A DNA stretch of 63,947 nt, the filler included, from Licmophora abbreviata (lineage: Eukaryota): the NCBI GenBank assembly GCA_900291995.1. It is 24 parts of 24 records of this genome, joined end to end, with 100 filler letters (N's around TTAATTAATTAA, not from the genome) between each part and the next. Parts side by side here need not be neighbours in the genome. Positions count along the whole stretch, not along the records: positions 1 to 4,354 come from OLMU01006280.1; positions 4,455 to 7,149 come from OLMU01006282.1; positions 7,250 to 12,362 come from OLMU01006283.1; 21 more parts are not named here. One strand, written 5' to 3'. Each line of letters opens with the position of its first letter. Position 1 is the stretch's first letter. The position numbers were made by a program, and so were the translations under genes. Below, one piece after another: positions 1 through 10,797 of this stretch. The notes beneath the pieces are model-generated. The model had not been told where the DNA came from. It ran no database searches and saw only the letters and a list, made by a program, of their open reading frames with translations.

Positions 1-1
1 C

Positions 2-3000
2 GCTGACACCATTCTAAAAGGGTCCTACCACCACCCTTCAAGTACACAATCGTCAGCACTCTCGGCCTTTCTAAAGGCGTTGGAAGCACCACCAGAGATC
101 CTCGACGGCTCCGCCATCAGCAATGCAACCATTACGCCCGAAGAGTTCTCCAAGGGCATTCAAAAATGGAGAGAATCCACGAGTACATCTCCATCAGGTC
201 GACACCTAGGCATCTACAAAACACTGATCAAAGACGAAGCGATGTTAAACGTCTTAACCGACATGGGCAACCTGTGTTTCGAAAACGGCTTTGCAGCCGA
301 CCGCTGGCTTGTCACGATCCAATGTGTGCTGGAAAAAGATCCCGGAGTTCCCAGACTTCACCGCGTTCGCATCATTCACCTGCTCGAAGCCGACATGAAC
401 CTATTTCTGAAGATACATTGGTCACGACGGATGATAGCCACCGCAGAGAAGTTCGGCTGGTTACACCCTTCACAACATGGTGGTCGCCCAGGCCACATCA
501 CAACCGACCCTACCTTGATTCGTATCCTCAACTGTGATCTGAGCAGGTTAACCCTTTCCGAAATGGCCCTTGCAGATAAAGATGCCATGGCATGCTACGA
601 CCGAATGGTCAACTTTATCATGCTTCTGGCCAGCCGCAGACTCGGCGTCAATCCCCAGGTCATCGACACTTTCCACCAAGTACTCGCTGGCATGAAGTAC
701 CACGTCAAAACGGCACACGGCATCTCCGACAGTTGGTACACAGGTACACCTAACAATCCAACTCAAGGACCAGGACAAGGATCAAGTAATGGACCAGCTC
801 TATGGACGGCGACCTCATCCCCGCTCCTAGAAGCCTTAGCACAGGAAACATTAGGAATGCGCTGGCAAGACCCCAGTCGACAGCTGGACACGACGACACA
901 TGCAATGATGTTCATCGACGACCAAAACTCCGGTGTCAACGACAATCACCAATCAATCTACGAAGCACCAGACCCCACAGACAAGCTCATTCAAGCAATG
1001 GAACATACCGTCGGTACATGGAGTGAGCTACTGTGGCACACGGGAGGCGCCCTCAACCCATCAAAATGCTACTGGTTCCTCATGACTTACCATCCAGACC
1101 AGAAAAACCTTCCAACACTGACAAAACAGGATGGCTACCCCCAACAACTTGTCATCCCCGACCATCAAAGCAACAACATTGTCACCATCAACCGTATCAA
1201 TATCGACGAAGCACGCCGAACATTAGGAATCAGAGTCACCGCCACAGGGAATTATGCAGTACAACGACAGTACCTCAAGGAAAAAGCCGACACAATGGCA
1301 TCTCGCCTCCTCAGATCAGGACTCTCTAGAGCCGCAGCTTGGACCGCTTACCTTGCAGTGTACCTTCCAGCGATGCAATTCTCTCTGTCTCTTGTACCTC
1401 TTTCCCCACAACAGGCCCATACAATCCAAACCAGATCAACCGCGGCTTTCCTTGCCAAAACAGGATTCAACCGCAACATGCCCCGTGCCGTCGTCTACGG
1501 CCCTCTCTCCATGACGGGCATCGACTTCAGGAACCTTTATGTCGAATCGGGTATCTCCCGAATCACATATTACATCGGTCACTTAAGGAAGAACACAGAA
1601 CTGGCAAAACTCTTAGAAATCCAACGACGGTTCCTTCAAATGACGGCTGGAGTATCCTTCGACCTTATGGACGACCCTACCACCGACCTTCCTTATGTCG
1701 ACAATACGTCATGGCTGATGCAACTACGCCACTTTCTACGCCAACATGACCTCTCGTTCAAACATACCACCACTTGGAACACTCAACTCCAACGAGAAGG
1801 CGATTGTTTCCTCATGGACAGATTCAGGACCGAACGCTTCCGACCCCAAGAACTTCGACACCTTAACTATGTAAGGATTCACCTTCAGGTGTGCCTCCTT
1901 TCGGACATGACCACAGGAGACGGACGTCAAATTCTCGATTGTTACAAACAGGGCAGACCCTCGACACAAAGTACTACCAAGCTGACATGGCCGAAATTCA
2001 AATGGCCTCCAAACACCTACCAACTCAAACTTTGGAAACGAGCACTGAAAATATTCACCCGTCATACCCAGAAGGAGAACTTGCACCCACCTTTAGGCAA
2101 ATGGCTCCGCGTACCCAGGCACATCCACTGGCATACACACTACAATCATCGTGAAGACACACTTCAAACGGCCCGCCCATATCGAGCGAAAGTCAACATC
2201 ATTCCCAGACTTCACACAAGACGATGTCGAGGTCTCAAGCACCTTCTCTTTCGAACCGCGGACGCAACTCAACAGCTGTACACCGACACCGACCCGCTGA
2301 CAAGCCCTCTGACACCGGCCACCATCACTATGACGCAGCAACCGGACACATACCAAGCACATACGGCACTCCTACAAGACCAGCACCGCACCATCCCTGC
2401 AGACACCTTCCCACGATACAGACGACTCCTCCCAGGCCCCATTGCACGATGGTTACAAAGTACCCACATGTTGAATAAAGAGGCTCTCCTTCAACATCTC
2501 CAACAAGCGAAACGTCTCACACTTGCAACAGATGGCTCTAACCTGTTTCCCCACGCCTCATTTGCCTTCAATATTGCGGACTCAGCAGGCAACGTCCTCA
2601 TACGTGCTTTCGGCCCCGTGGACGGAAACCCCAAATATATGTCATCCCTACGACCGGAACTATATGGTATCGGAAGCGGTCTCTCCTTTCTGGAGCACTT
2701 CTGCAAGTTCAACGGACTCCCCTCACACGTCATCAACATACGAAACCTTTCCGATAGTAAAGCTGCCATCCTCAGAGCCAGGAAAGCAAATGACCAATTA
2801 CAAAGCATCTTCCAACACATGAGTACCTTCAACAACCCACGCACCGTGAGCGTATCCAAATTGACCCTACCCGAAGAAGACGTCATATGCGAAATACGAG
2901 CCATCCTCATTCGTACTCGAGCCAAAGTCACTTTCGAATGGATCAAAAGCCACCAGGACGACCATCCAACAACACAACCATCCCTCACACTCGATGCTTT

Positions 3001-4228
3001 GCTGAACATTTTAGCTGACCAAGACGCAGGACAATACAGGAAGCACAACACAACAGGACATCGACGGACACACCCAGCTCTCCATTTCCCGGGGGCCCAA
3101 GTCAGCCTCCGCATCGCCAACAACATTGCGACAACCCGAATCCCAGAACAAATACGACACCACATCAATGGTGCCCAATTGAAGGAATACATGACGACCA
3201 AATATGACTGGGACCCACTCACTTGGGATTCAATCGACCTCGACACAATTGGCCAATGCTTTAAGACTCTCAAGTTATCCGAACGGGTCCACACGGTAAA
3301 ATTTCTCCACGGTTGGAGAAACACAGGCCGACAACGGAAACGCATCGATCCCACAGCGAGCGATCGCTGTCCATCATGCAACGCACCCAACGAAGACGCG
3401 AAACACATCCTTTGCTGCCCACACAAACAACGCCGACAGCAACGACAAACTTCATTCACGAAACATCTACGTAGCACCCTCCTCCGACACCACACTGCCC
3501 CCCCATTGTTCAAGACATTCGTAGAAGCACTACAAACATGGACGACACAACCCAACGACCAGCCAATCAACCTACCGGACCCTTCCACCCACGACCCCAT
3601 CCAATCACACATTTCACTAGCGATCGCCGAGCAAAACATCATCGGTTGGGAGTTTTGCCTAAGAGGTTTTATGAGCCGAAGTTGGGCAGAGGCCCAGCGC
3701 CTGTACCTACAAGAACGATTTCCCAACTCTGCAGTACAAAAACTCCTCACATGGAAACGACAGGTTATTTTTGCTATCTGGAAAATAGGAGAAGATGAAT
3801 GGGAAGCACGCAACAAAGCTTTACACGATCGCGATGATGTCAGAGCAAAACAAAAGGCACGCACTCAGATTGCACACTACTTTGACGCACAAGACCAATA
3901 CACACCACAAGACAGACGACTCCTCTTTGGCAACAAAGACCACCTTATGAATTCTCCGCTTCACACTCAACAGGCATGGATCACGAACGCTCAACGCCTC
4001 TCCAGAGCACGCCATGAGATACACTTGAAGAACAGAGACCAGTCTCGCGCCACACACGCAAGGACAACACTCACACAGACAAGCAAGCTACAAACACGAG
4101 CCCGACCATCCGGTCAAGTTAATACCATGGACCGATATATTACCAGAACTCCCCATACACCCAAGTCAACACAACCGACACCCGTGCCAAACCAGGACAC
4201 AACTCCCGATCACCCACCAACGACATAA
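2..4228 (+). CDS. Non-LTR retrotransposon pol, Ambal-like (RT, RNase H, C-terminal CCHC zinc finger); 5'-truncated by the window edge
   Basis: Frame open from nt 2. RT motifs ESTSTSPSGRH, LEKDPG..RIIHLLEAD, DAMACYDR, GPGQGS, MFIDD, RTLGIR. RNase H motifs LATDGS, RPELYG, SDSKAA, WIKSHQD, NILAD. Zinc finger CPSC..EDAKHILCC. Confidence 0.9.
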   Translation, partial: ADTILKGSYHHPSSTQSSALSAFLKALEAPPEILDGSAISNATITPEEFSKGIQKWRESTSTSPSGRHLGIYKTLIKDEAMLNVLTDMGNLCFENGFAADRWLVTIQCVLEKDPGVPRLHRVRIIHLLEADMNLFLKIHWSRRMIATAEKFGWLHPSQHGGRPGHITTDPTLIRILNCDLSRLTLSEMALADKDAMACYDRMVNFIMLLASRRLGVNPQVIDTFHQVLAGMKYHVKTAHGISDSWYTGTPNNPTQGPGQGSSNGPALWTATSSPLLEALAQETLGMRWQDPSRQLDTTTHAMMFIDDQNSGVNDNHQSIYEAPDPTDKLIQAMEHTVGTWSELLWHTGGALNPSKCYWFLMTYHPDQKNLPTLTKQDGYPQQLVIPDHQSNNIVTINRINIDEARRTLGIRVTATGNYAVQRQYLKEKADTMASRLLRSGLSRAAAWTAYLAVYLPAMQFSLSLVPLSPQQAHTIQTRSTAAFLAKTGFNRNMPRAVVYGPLSMTGIDFRNLYVESGISRITYYIGHLRKNTELAKLLEIQRRFLQMTAGVSFDLMDDPTTDLPYVDNTSWLMQLRHFLRQHDLSFKHTTTWNTQLQREGDCFLMDRFRTERFRPQELRHLNYVRIHLQVCLLSDMTTGDGRQILDCYKQGRPSTQSTTKLTWPKFKWPPNTYQLKLWKRALKIFTRHTQKENLHPPLGKWLRVPRHIHWHTHYNHREDTLQTARPYRAKVNIIPRLHTRRCRGLKHLLFRTADATQQLYTDTDPLTSPLTPATITMTQQPDTYQAHTALLQDQHRTIPADTFPRYRRLLPGPIARWLQSTHMLNKEALLQHLQQAKRLTLATDGSNLFPHASFAFNIADSAGNVLIRAFGPVDGNPKYMSSLRPELYGIGSGLSFLEHFCKFNGLPSHVINIRNLSDSKAAILRARKANDQLQSIFQHMSTFNNPRTVSVSKLTLPEEDVICEIRAILIRTRAKVTFEWIKSHQDDHPTTQPSLTLDALLNILADQDAGQYRKHNTTGHRRTHPALHFPGAQVSLRIANNIATTRIPEQIRHHINGAQLKEYMTTKYDWDPLTWDSIDLDTIGQCFKTLKLSERVHTVKFLHGWRNTGRQRKRIDPTASDRCPSCNAPNEDAKHILCCPHKQRRQQRQTSFTKHLRSTLLRHHTAPPLFKTFVEALQTWTTQPNDQPINLPDPSTHDPIQSHISLAIAEQNIIGWEFCLRGFMSRSWAEAQRLYLQERFPNSAVQKLLTWKRQVIFAIWKIGEDEWEARNKALHDRDDVRAKQKARTQIAHYFDAQDQYTPQDRRLLFGNKDHLMNSPLHTQQAWITNAQRLSRARHEIHLKNRDQSRATHARTTLTQTSKLQTRARPSGQVNTMDRYITRTPHTPKSTQPTPVPNQDTTPDHPPTT

Positions 4229-4293
4229 CCTACCAAAGACACATCACAAGCTCACATCAGTAGTCAGCCGCCCTCTAGGGGCCGCAAGTATAA

Positions 4294-4328
4294 GAGGTTC
4301 CTACCTCGAAGACAGGTAGGGTAATCTC
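4294..4328 (+). other. 3' UTR stem-loop of the LINE
   Basis: GAGGTT-CCTACCT [CGAAGAC] AGGTAGG-(GT bulge)-AATCTC; 13 pairs including one G.U. Confidence 0.6.
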
Positions 4329-4354
4329 AATACTATAAAACACATTGCACTATA

Positions 4355-4454
4355 NNNNNNNNNNNNNNNNNNNNNNNNNNNNNNNNNNNNNNNNNNNNTT
4401 AATTAATTAANNNNNNNNNNNNNNNNNNNNNNNNNNNNNNNNNNNNNNNNNNNN
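4355..4454. other. Synthetic 100-bp gap linker N44-TTAATTAATTAA-N44 (first of 23; others start at 7150, 12363, 14265, 17387, 25117, 26409, 28277, 29413, 32155, 39697, 41757, 43014, 45962, 48231, 50647, 53590, 54815, 56902, 58864, 60240, 61376, 62848)
   Basis: Identical N-flanked 12-mer with stops in all six frames at every contig join. Confidence 0.99.
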
Positions 4455-4770
4455 AGGATATTTTGATGCTCGCACAGTCTCAAATGACCTTTCTAAGTGC
4501 TCAAAAAGTCATCTTGCTTTTGATGGGACATTCCAAAGGTGATACCGCTCTATCTGCAAACTTATCAACACCATCATAGCACGCTCATTTCATTGAAGAG
4601 AAGCGATCCAGTACATGGTGCCAAGGAGGTCACACAGTCGTCGCGTTTCTGACTAAAATAGCTGGTAAGGAAAGCAGTTGACCTCTGACAGACTCAATAT
4701 CACACCCTTGGCTAACCGTATTCGCCGCACAACTGCTCCTCATTGCTTTTTTCATGTCATAGTAAGCACC

Positions 4771-7149
4771 ATGATTCACTATTTCATTTCCATCGTGCTC
4801 CTGGCAGTCCTTCCGCACATTGCTCGTGGGCAGTGTATTGCAACAGACTTCACGCTTCACGAAGTCGAGGGCGAGTGTGGCTATGAATCTCTGTACAAGG
4901 CCTTTGAGGCCTTCTACGAGGAGCATTTCAACGCTGCCCTTGGCTGCACCGGCAATGCAACTGGAGAGCTCCTTCAGCTCTTAAATGTGGCCAATGTGGA
5001 CGACGCAATGGTCGCAATCAAGAATACTGTATGTCGCCAGGCCTATGATGACGTTGACAAGTTTCCCTTTGCAAAACTGCCGGGACCTAACTATCCTGAT
5101 GGAAGGACCTTCATCAAGCAGTACTTCAATGGCGGGACAGACTGGAACGAGCAGGTGGAAACGCTAGTTTACGGGTCTGAGGGCGAAGAAGAACGGTCCA
5201 ATCATCTCAAGGCAGACGCAAACAATGTCTATCTCCATTACACTTTCAAGCAAGGCTCCTATGGGGTAACAGAATTTCCGGACTACTTGGATAATTTTGA
5301 CGGTTGTGATCTAAACTCGGTCTACTGCTGCTGGCCACAAGATCGTCAGGCCAGAGATGGCAACGGCAATTGCAATACTCCGTACGACATTGATTGCGTC
5401 GACAAGGATCCAGCTGATAACACCGACCTCTGCTACGTTGAACTATCTGAAGGCCAGATTGCTACAGGCTACAATTCCAACAGTGATGGTCACATCGTGT
5501 TCCCCTTTGATGATGCCAAGACCAAAGACAACCGTGCAGAAGGTCCAATTCACTGCCACGGCCTTGCGTGGGCTAATGATGAGGTCGACACGTCTAGTAT
5601 TTTCAAGGGAAATAATCTCTTCTACGTGTCCATGTATGATCATATGCTCCGTCGCGGATACGTTCGCAATGTTCAAGGGGCTCCCATGTGCGGTTGTTCT
5701 GAATATGTAAGTCACCTACTATACATTGCTTTGTGGGTCGACTTGGTCTTGGTTGTAAGCATCGAGAGGCAATCGTCGCCAATCCATTTTTGTCTCTCAC
5801 CTACTCCATATGTCGACTCCCGTGCCAGATGCCTACTGTGTCTCGAGCTGACTGCACACAAATCGATATTGCAGGTATGAAGCTCACCTACACCTTCCAG
5901 AACGGCGCCTTCACTGCTACAATCAAGCACATCGACATTGACTTCAACTCTTGTCAAGGAAAGGATCGATACGGCCAAATCGACAACAACGACCTTTGGT
6001 CGTACATGAACCGGCTCTACATGGAAGGAAAGCTCGAGGAGGCGAAACTAGTTGGCATCTCGGAGAAGCTAGTCGGTGATGATCCCAACATGTGTCGCCA
6101 CGCGGAGGACAAGTTCATGACTTCCAAGGGATACATCCGTGGATTTGAATTCGACCGTTCTGAATGGACGCTTCTTGCCGGGAGGGGGGCCCTCGATTAC
6201 GATGAGCCTACATTCTACGGAAAGGACGGAGCCAGCTATCTCATAGGAGGTGGCCAGGCTCCCACACCTTTTGAGCCCATGATCATTCGTCGCCTCTGCG
6301 CTTCATGCTATGATACACACCAAGATATTTACTACAAACGACTCACTCCTATTGATGGTATCGACCTTCTCGACAATCTCATGTACTCTACGAGGGAAAC
6401 ACCGGGACAGATCTGGGGCGTGGACTTTCATCTGTTCTCCACTCTCGAAGATGCTCAAATGGATATGAATGCGTGGGAATGTGATTCCTACAGGTACGGG
6501 GACGGCTTTCCGGGAGACTGTGGGCCCTACGGACCAGTGTCGAGTCAGGAGTCCCTTTTCAACAGATGGGATCGTCGCTTCGATGCTGCTTTTTTTAGCC
6601 AGACGCCTCCAAGCGCGCAGTTGTTGCGCAAGGTTGCATCTGCAAATGTCGGCTACAACTACTTTGATGGGGCTGTATACTCCGATGACGACCCGTACGG
6701 TGCAGGAGAGCTACTATACATGACAGCGTCTGGTCGTGATATATGGTATTTGGAAGATGAGTTCAACTCCATGTTCGAGACTCGACCAGCCGATAGTGAC
6801 GCCACCCTGAAGGTCAAGGTTGAGTCCCTAAATGGCAGAGATTCGTGGACGAAAGCGGGCCTCATGATCCGTACTTCCATGGATGCTAATGCTCCATATT
6901 TCGCCGTTCTGCTCAGTTGGAAGAATGGAATTAGTATTCAGTATCGAACGGACACGGGCGATGGATCCAAGTCAAGTGGCAGCACTTTCGGTCTCCAGCT
7001 CAACTCAACATGGCTCATGCTGACCAAACGTATTGACAGGTACACCGGATACAAATCGGAGGATGGAATTGTATGGGAGGAGGTCTCCGGAACTGTTACC
7101 CTCGACTTGAATGATGTCTCTTCCCCATCATTCTGGTACTCAGGACTGG
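4771..7149 (+). CDS. Secreted multi-domain protein (Cys-rich N-terminal domain, second Cys domain, ConA/DUF1349-like beta-sandwich); exons 4771-5706 and 5829->7149; runs into the gap
   Basis: Signal-like MIHYFISIVLLAVLPHIARG. Intron GTAAGT(5707)..CCAG(5828) joins CGCSEY to MPTVSRADC in frame. Motifs CCWPQDRQA..NGNC, IHCHGLAW, RRLCASC..HQDIYYKRLT, ASGRDIW, WTKAGLMIR. Confidence 0.8.
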
Positions 7150-7249
7150 NNNNNNNNNNNNNNNNNNNNNNNNNNNNNNNNNNNNNNNNNNNNTTAATTA
7201 ATTAANNNNNNNNNNNNNNNNNNNNNNNNNNNNNNNNNNNNNNNNNNNN

Positions 7250-7951
7250 CCGTTTGATAACGATCTCTATGAAGCAGGGTTAGCGTGCACAGCAAACACC
7301 AACAGTAATTACACAACATGTGCCTTTCGAGACTTTGAAATCAGTCCTGGGATCCAAGCTGAGGTCTCAAGCCTCATTTCGCAAGATGTTGGAAACGTCG
7401 ACTCTGTGAATTATCCCGGCTCATTTACGCATGACACGATGTCTGACACCTGGGACATCAAGGCTTCTGGCAATAGCATTTGGGGAACGAACTCTGATGG
7501 CTTCTACTATGTCTACTACTCACGACAGTCAGGTGACATTTCTGCCGTAGCTCACCTTGAAAGTGTTGGCTACTCCAATGCATGGGCCAAGGCAGGGCTC
7601 ATGATTCGCGATTCTCTTGATCGTGGTTCTAAATATGCGTTCGTGTTTGTTTCACCTGAGTATGGAATCAGAATGCAGATTCGAAATTCTACCAATGGCG
7701 ACACGAAGGAATACCTCGGTGAAACCTGGGGCTGGGTATTAGATCGAACTGTTCGAAGCGGTTGGCTGAAGATAGAGAAGGTCGGCAACACTTTTTCTGG
7801 CTACAAGTCCCCGGACGGCGACAACTGGATCAAGATTTTCTCCGAAACCTTCTCCTTTGACAATGATCTTTTCGAAGTTGGAATGGCTGCATCTTCACGT
7901 TCCATGTCGGCTTACACGACAGCTGTTTTTCACAATTTCACAGTTGCGTGA
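7250..7951 (+). CDS. Probable C-terminal part of the same secreted protein (end of one ConA/DUF1349-like repeat plus one complete repeat)
   Basis: Frame open from the contig start (PFDNDLYEAGLACTA..). Repeats ASGNSIWG, WAKAGLMIR, GYKSPDG..W and FDNDLFEVGMA, paralogous to 6720-7149. Confidence 0.75.
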   Translation, partial: PFDNDLYEAGLACTANTNSNYTTCAFRDFEISPGIQAEVSSLISQDVGNVDSVNYPGSFTHDTMSDTWDIKASGNSIWGTNSDGFYYVYYSRQSGDISAVAHLESVGYSNAWAKAGLMIRDSLDRGSKYAFVFVSPEYGIRMQIRNSTNGDTKEYLGETWGWVLDRTVRSGWLKIEKVGNTFSGYKSPDGDNWIKIFSETFSFDNDLFEVGMAASSRSMSAYTTAVFHNFTVA

Positions 7952-8660
7952 AGGCCGAACAGCTGATTCACGCTCTTGAGGATCGCATTGCTACCGGTAC
8001 GACTTTTGTCAATGCCACATGTGCGCTTGGGTTCGATTGGGCACACCGTATCAAGTAGGAAACTACGAGTATACCTTTCTCGTGACTATCAATTACTGTA
8101 CATTTTATGTTCGTGTAGTACCATACCGAATACAGCTAGACTTCACAATGCAGATGTTACATTATGTTGCGTCGTTCACACAGTGAAAATACCTCACAAA
8201 ATTCGGTGTGGGTGCTAAGACAGCACGCTAGAAGATCCAACCTGTAAGGAGCATGGTGCCAAATACTGGTTGGTGCATAATAGTCCTGGGTCGGTCAACT
8301 AGACCAATAGATTTCGAAGGCTGGAAAGATGATTCAACCTTATCCAATGTGCTGCAATGCTCCAAACGTTAGCTGCACACTGTCCAATAGAGTGAGTGAC
8401 GCCACAGAGACTGGCGCATGAACGAGGGTGGGGAGATGATAGAAGTGACAGAGAAGCCGCCCATGCGTATTGGATCGATGCGTGCCCGTGGATGCTGACT
8501 GGCGCGACTGGACGCACAAGCGACGATAGTCCCTGACAGCTTCTAGCTATGTTATGAAATTTCTTTTGGCGCTATTGGCCACCATTGGCGTTCGTTCCAG
8601 TGTCCCTTTTCGTCTGCGTTCGACCGGCCACGGAAAATCTGCTCTACCTGGTCTGGTACT

Positions 8661-10316
8661 CTAGAATGCAACATCGTTCATCACACGCTTGCCTTTGACA
8701 TAGCTCTTGTTAGTATTGCGCGATCGAAAGGCTTGCTGTCGCCCCTTCTTCTTTTTGCGATCTTCCAAATGACGTCTGACGCGCTCTCGTGCAGATTCTT
8801 CCGCAAATGCTCGACTCTGTTCGGTGAATACTGACGCATCATCCGTGGTCACGATAGCCGTAGTCGAGTATGTATTCCTGTCGTGGGGAAGCGCATCCTC
8901 ATCCTCATCCTCATCTTGCTCAGATAGTGAGCAGCATTCGAACTCATCGTCCAAGTTAGAAACTCTCGAAACTCTTCCCTGTTTTCCTTCGTCCACGTTT
9001 GCCTCGGACGATGACGCATCCTGTACCTCGCGGTTCATAAAATAATACAGTTCCATGTCACGATCAGCATCCTGAGGAGAGTAGCCACTCGCGCGAAGCT
9101 CCTCATCTAAACGAATCTGAGGCTCGGAACTACCAAAAATGGAGTCCTCTTCTTCTTTGGACTCCAACAAGTCGTTTCTGACTTGAGTTATGGCCGTCCA
9201 GGTAGGAATCAATTCATCCCAACCATCCTCTGGAACACACTTGAGTTTGGATACAAAGAATCGTTTCAGGCATTCCAAGTCTCGTTCGTAAAGTTCCTGG
9301 GCATTCGGGTGTTGTGTGCTGACCATTTGAGGAAAGTCAATCAAAGTGACAATTGGTTTTGGCTCGCCTGTTTGTAAGAATTCGCTCGGTTCAGGGGGCG
9401 CTTCCGTGACAATCTCGCCGGTTCCATCGAGGTGATGCTTCTGCAATGGCCCATGAGCGCTCAGTGCCCCACGGGTAGTAACCGACATTCCCGAGTGGCG
9501 GACATAGTGTTCGGCAACATCGCTCCCACTGACATGATCCTGAATACCGCTCAAGTCGACCATGAGATTGAATTCGTTCAAGTCACAATGGACCAGGCCG
9601 TGTTGCGCTAGTCGCGTCGCCAGTCGAGTACTTTGTTCAAAAATACTTTCCGCTTGAGCGGCTGAGATGCGATTGGAGTGAACTTGATAGAGAGGAACCC
9701 CTCTGACGAGCCCCATGGCGACGATGTGTCGACTGTGTCCAATGGGAGTGGGCGTTGGGTACTCCACAGCATGTAAAGCTTTCATGAAAGAATACTCCTT
9801 CAAGGCACTGATGCGACTGAGAAAGAGCCAACTGTTGGGCTGTTCCTTCACGACGAGTCCTTTCTTCTTATTCTTGGACACGGCATTGACCGCAAAGTAG
9901 TCGCGCTTCTTCTTGACATCTCGAAAGGACGTTCGTCCGAGTCGATGAAACTTGAGTACGACTTGTTTGTTCTGCGGCGATACGGCCAAGTACACGTCAC
10001 TCTCCTTTCCAGTTCCGATTTTGTCTCCGAGAGCGGTGATCATGCCACGACTCTTGAGGTTGTGAAGGGCCAGAATATCGTATCCTGAGTTGGTGAGACG
10101 ATATCCGTCGTAGCCACAGCTGCAGTCATGACTGAGAAGTTTGTCTCTGAGAAGTGAACTGAGAATTTTCGAAACGCCGCCGTGCCTCAAATTGGCGATA
10201 CTGCTAACCAGGGGTGCAGGGACCAAGGCGTGATTCTTCATGCCCGTCTCGACGGCCGCCAGGACTCGAAAGTCCTGGCGGTTCATCGTTCTCATGACGG
10301 TCGGGTCCAACTTCAT
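8661..10316 (-). CDS. RIO2: Serine/threonine kinase RIO2 (40S ribosome maturation)
   Basis: Winged-helix N-terminus DFRVLAAVETGMKNHALVP and YDGYRLTNSGYD; kinase motifs IGTGKESDVY, KFHRLGRTSF, VHCDLNEFN, LIDFPQMVS; acidic then basic tail. ATG at 10316. Confidence 0.95.
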   Translation of the reverse strand: MKLDPTVMRTMNRQDFRVLAAVETGMKNHALVPAPLVSSIANLRHGGVSKILSSLLRDKLLSHDCSCGYDGYRLTNSGYDILALHNLKSRGMITALGDKIGTGKESDVYLAVSPQNKQVVLKFHRLGRTSFRDVKKKRDYFAVNAVSKNKKKGLVVKEQPNSWLFLSRISALKEYSFMKALHAVEYPTPTPIGHSRHIVAMGLVRGVPLYQVHSNRISAAQAESIFEQSTRLATRLAQHGLVHCDLNEFNLMVDLSGIQDHVSGSDVAEHYVRHSGMSVTTRGALSAHGPLQKHHLDGTGEIVTEAPPEPSEFLQTGEPKPIVTLIDFPQMVSTQHPNAQELYERDLECLKRFFVSKLKCVPEDGWDELIPTWTAITQVRNDLLESKEEEDSIFGSSEPQIRLDEELRASGYSPQDADRDMELYYFMNREVQDASSSEANVDEGKQGRVSRVSNLDDEFECCSLSEQDEDEDEDALPHDRNTYSTTAIVTTDDASVFTEQSRAFAEESARERVRRHLEDRKKKKGRQQAFRSRNTNKSYVKGKRVMNDVAF

Positions 10317-10797
10317 CTTGAAAAGAAGTAGAAAGTTCACAGCAGGAGTCAGAGTCGCGTCGCGTCTTTTGTATGGAATGATGTTTTCGTGTGATGATTT
10401 GCATGGCTGATGTGCTCGCAGTGCACAAAAAGGTTATGGTACGTACATCTTTTATCTCGCTAAAAAATCTCTTTGTATGATACCTGAAGCACGGGAGGTG
10501 CGAGTTTCTCTCAAGGTGTTCAGTAATGTTGTCTTCTGCCCATCGCCCATAACAGGGTTTAAGTGATCTGATCTACTAATTTTATTAACTCTCAAGGCAG
10601 TAAACTGGAATGGAGTGCCATCCATGGACCCATGGTTGGGCTAACAGGGATATCTGGTTCGAGTCACCTAGTTGGGCAGTTTCCGATCTGGGTACCAGGG
10701 AAGGCTAAAATACATAAGTACGGTACGACGTGCCAGGGTACAGACGAATACTACAAAGTCCAACAACCAACAACTATCTCTGCAGGATGCAATCATC

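Larger units (their letters stand above)
1..4354 (+). mobile_element. Ambal-like LINE, 3' portion with short 3' UTR
   Basis: Pol ORF followed by ~125 nt of UTR with a stem-loop, ending at the contig end; A/C-rich sense strand. Confidence 0.85.

Noticed and set aside
2491..3864. 457-aa antisense ORF (also 51955-52842, 59357-60034, 47436-48029 and many short ORFs)
   Set aside because: Shadows of real retroelement ORFs in compositionally skewed sequence; no recognisable motifs.
4399..4410. Recurring TTAATTAATTAA as a biological repeat or CRISPR-like array
   Set aside because: Always flanked by exactly 44 N on each side: a synthetic six-frame-stop linker. ORFs ending XXX-LIN are artefacts of it.
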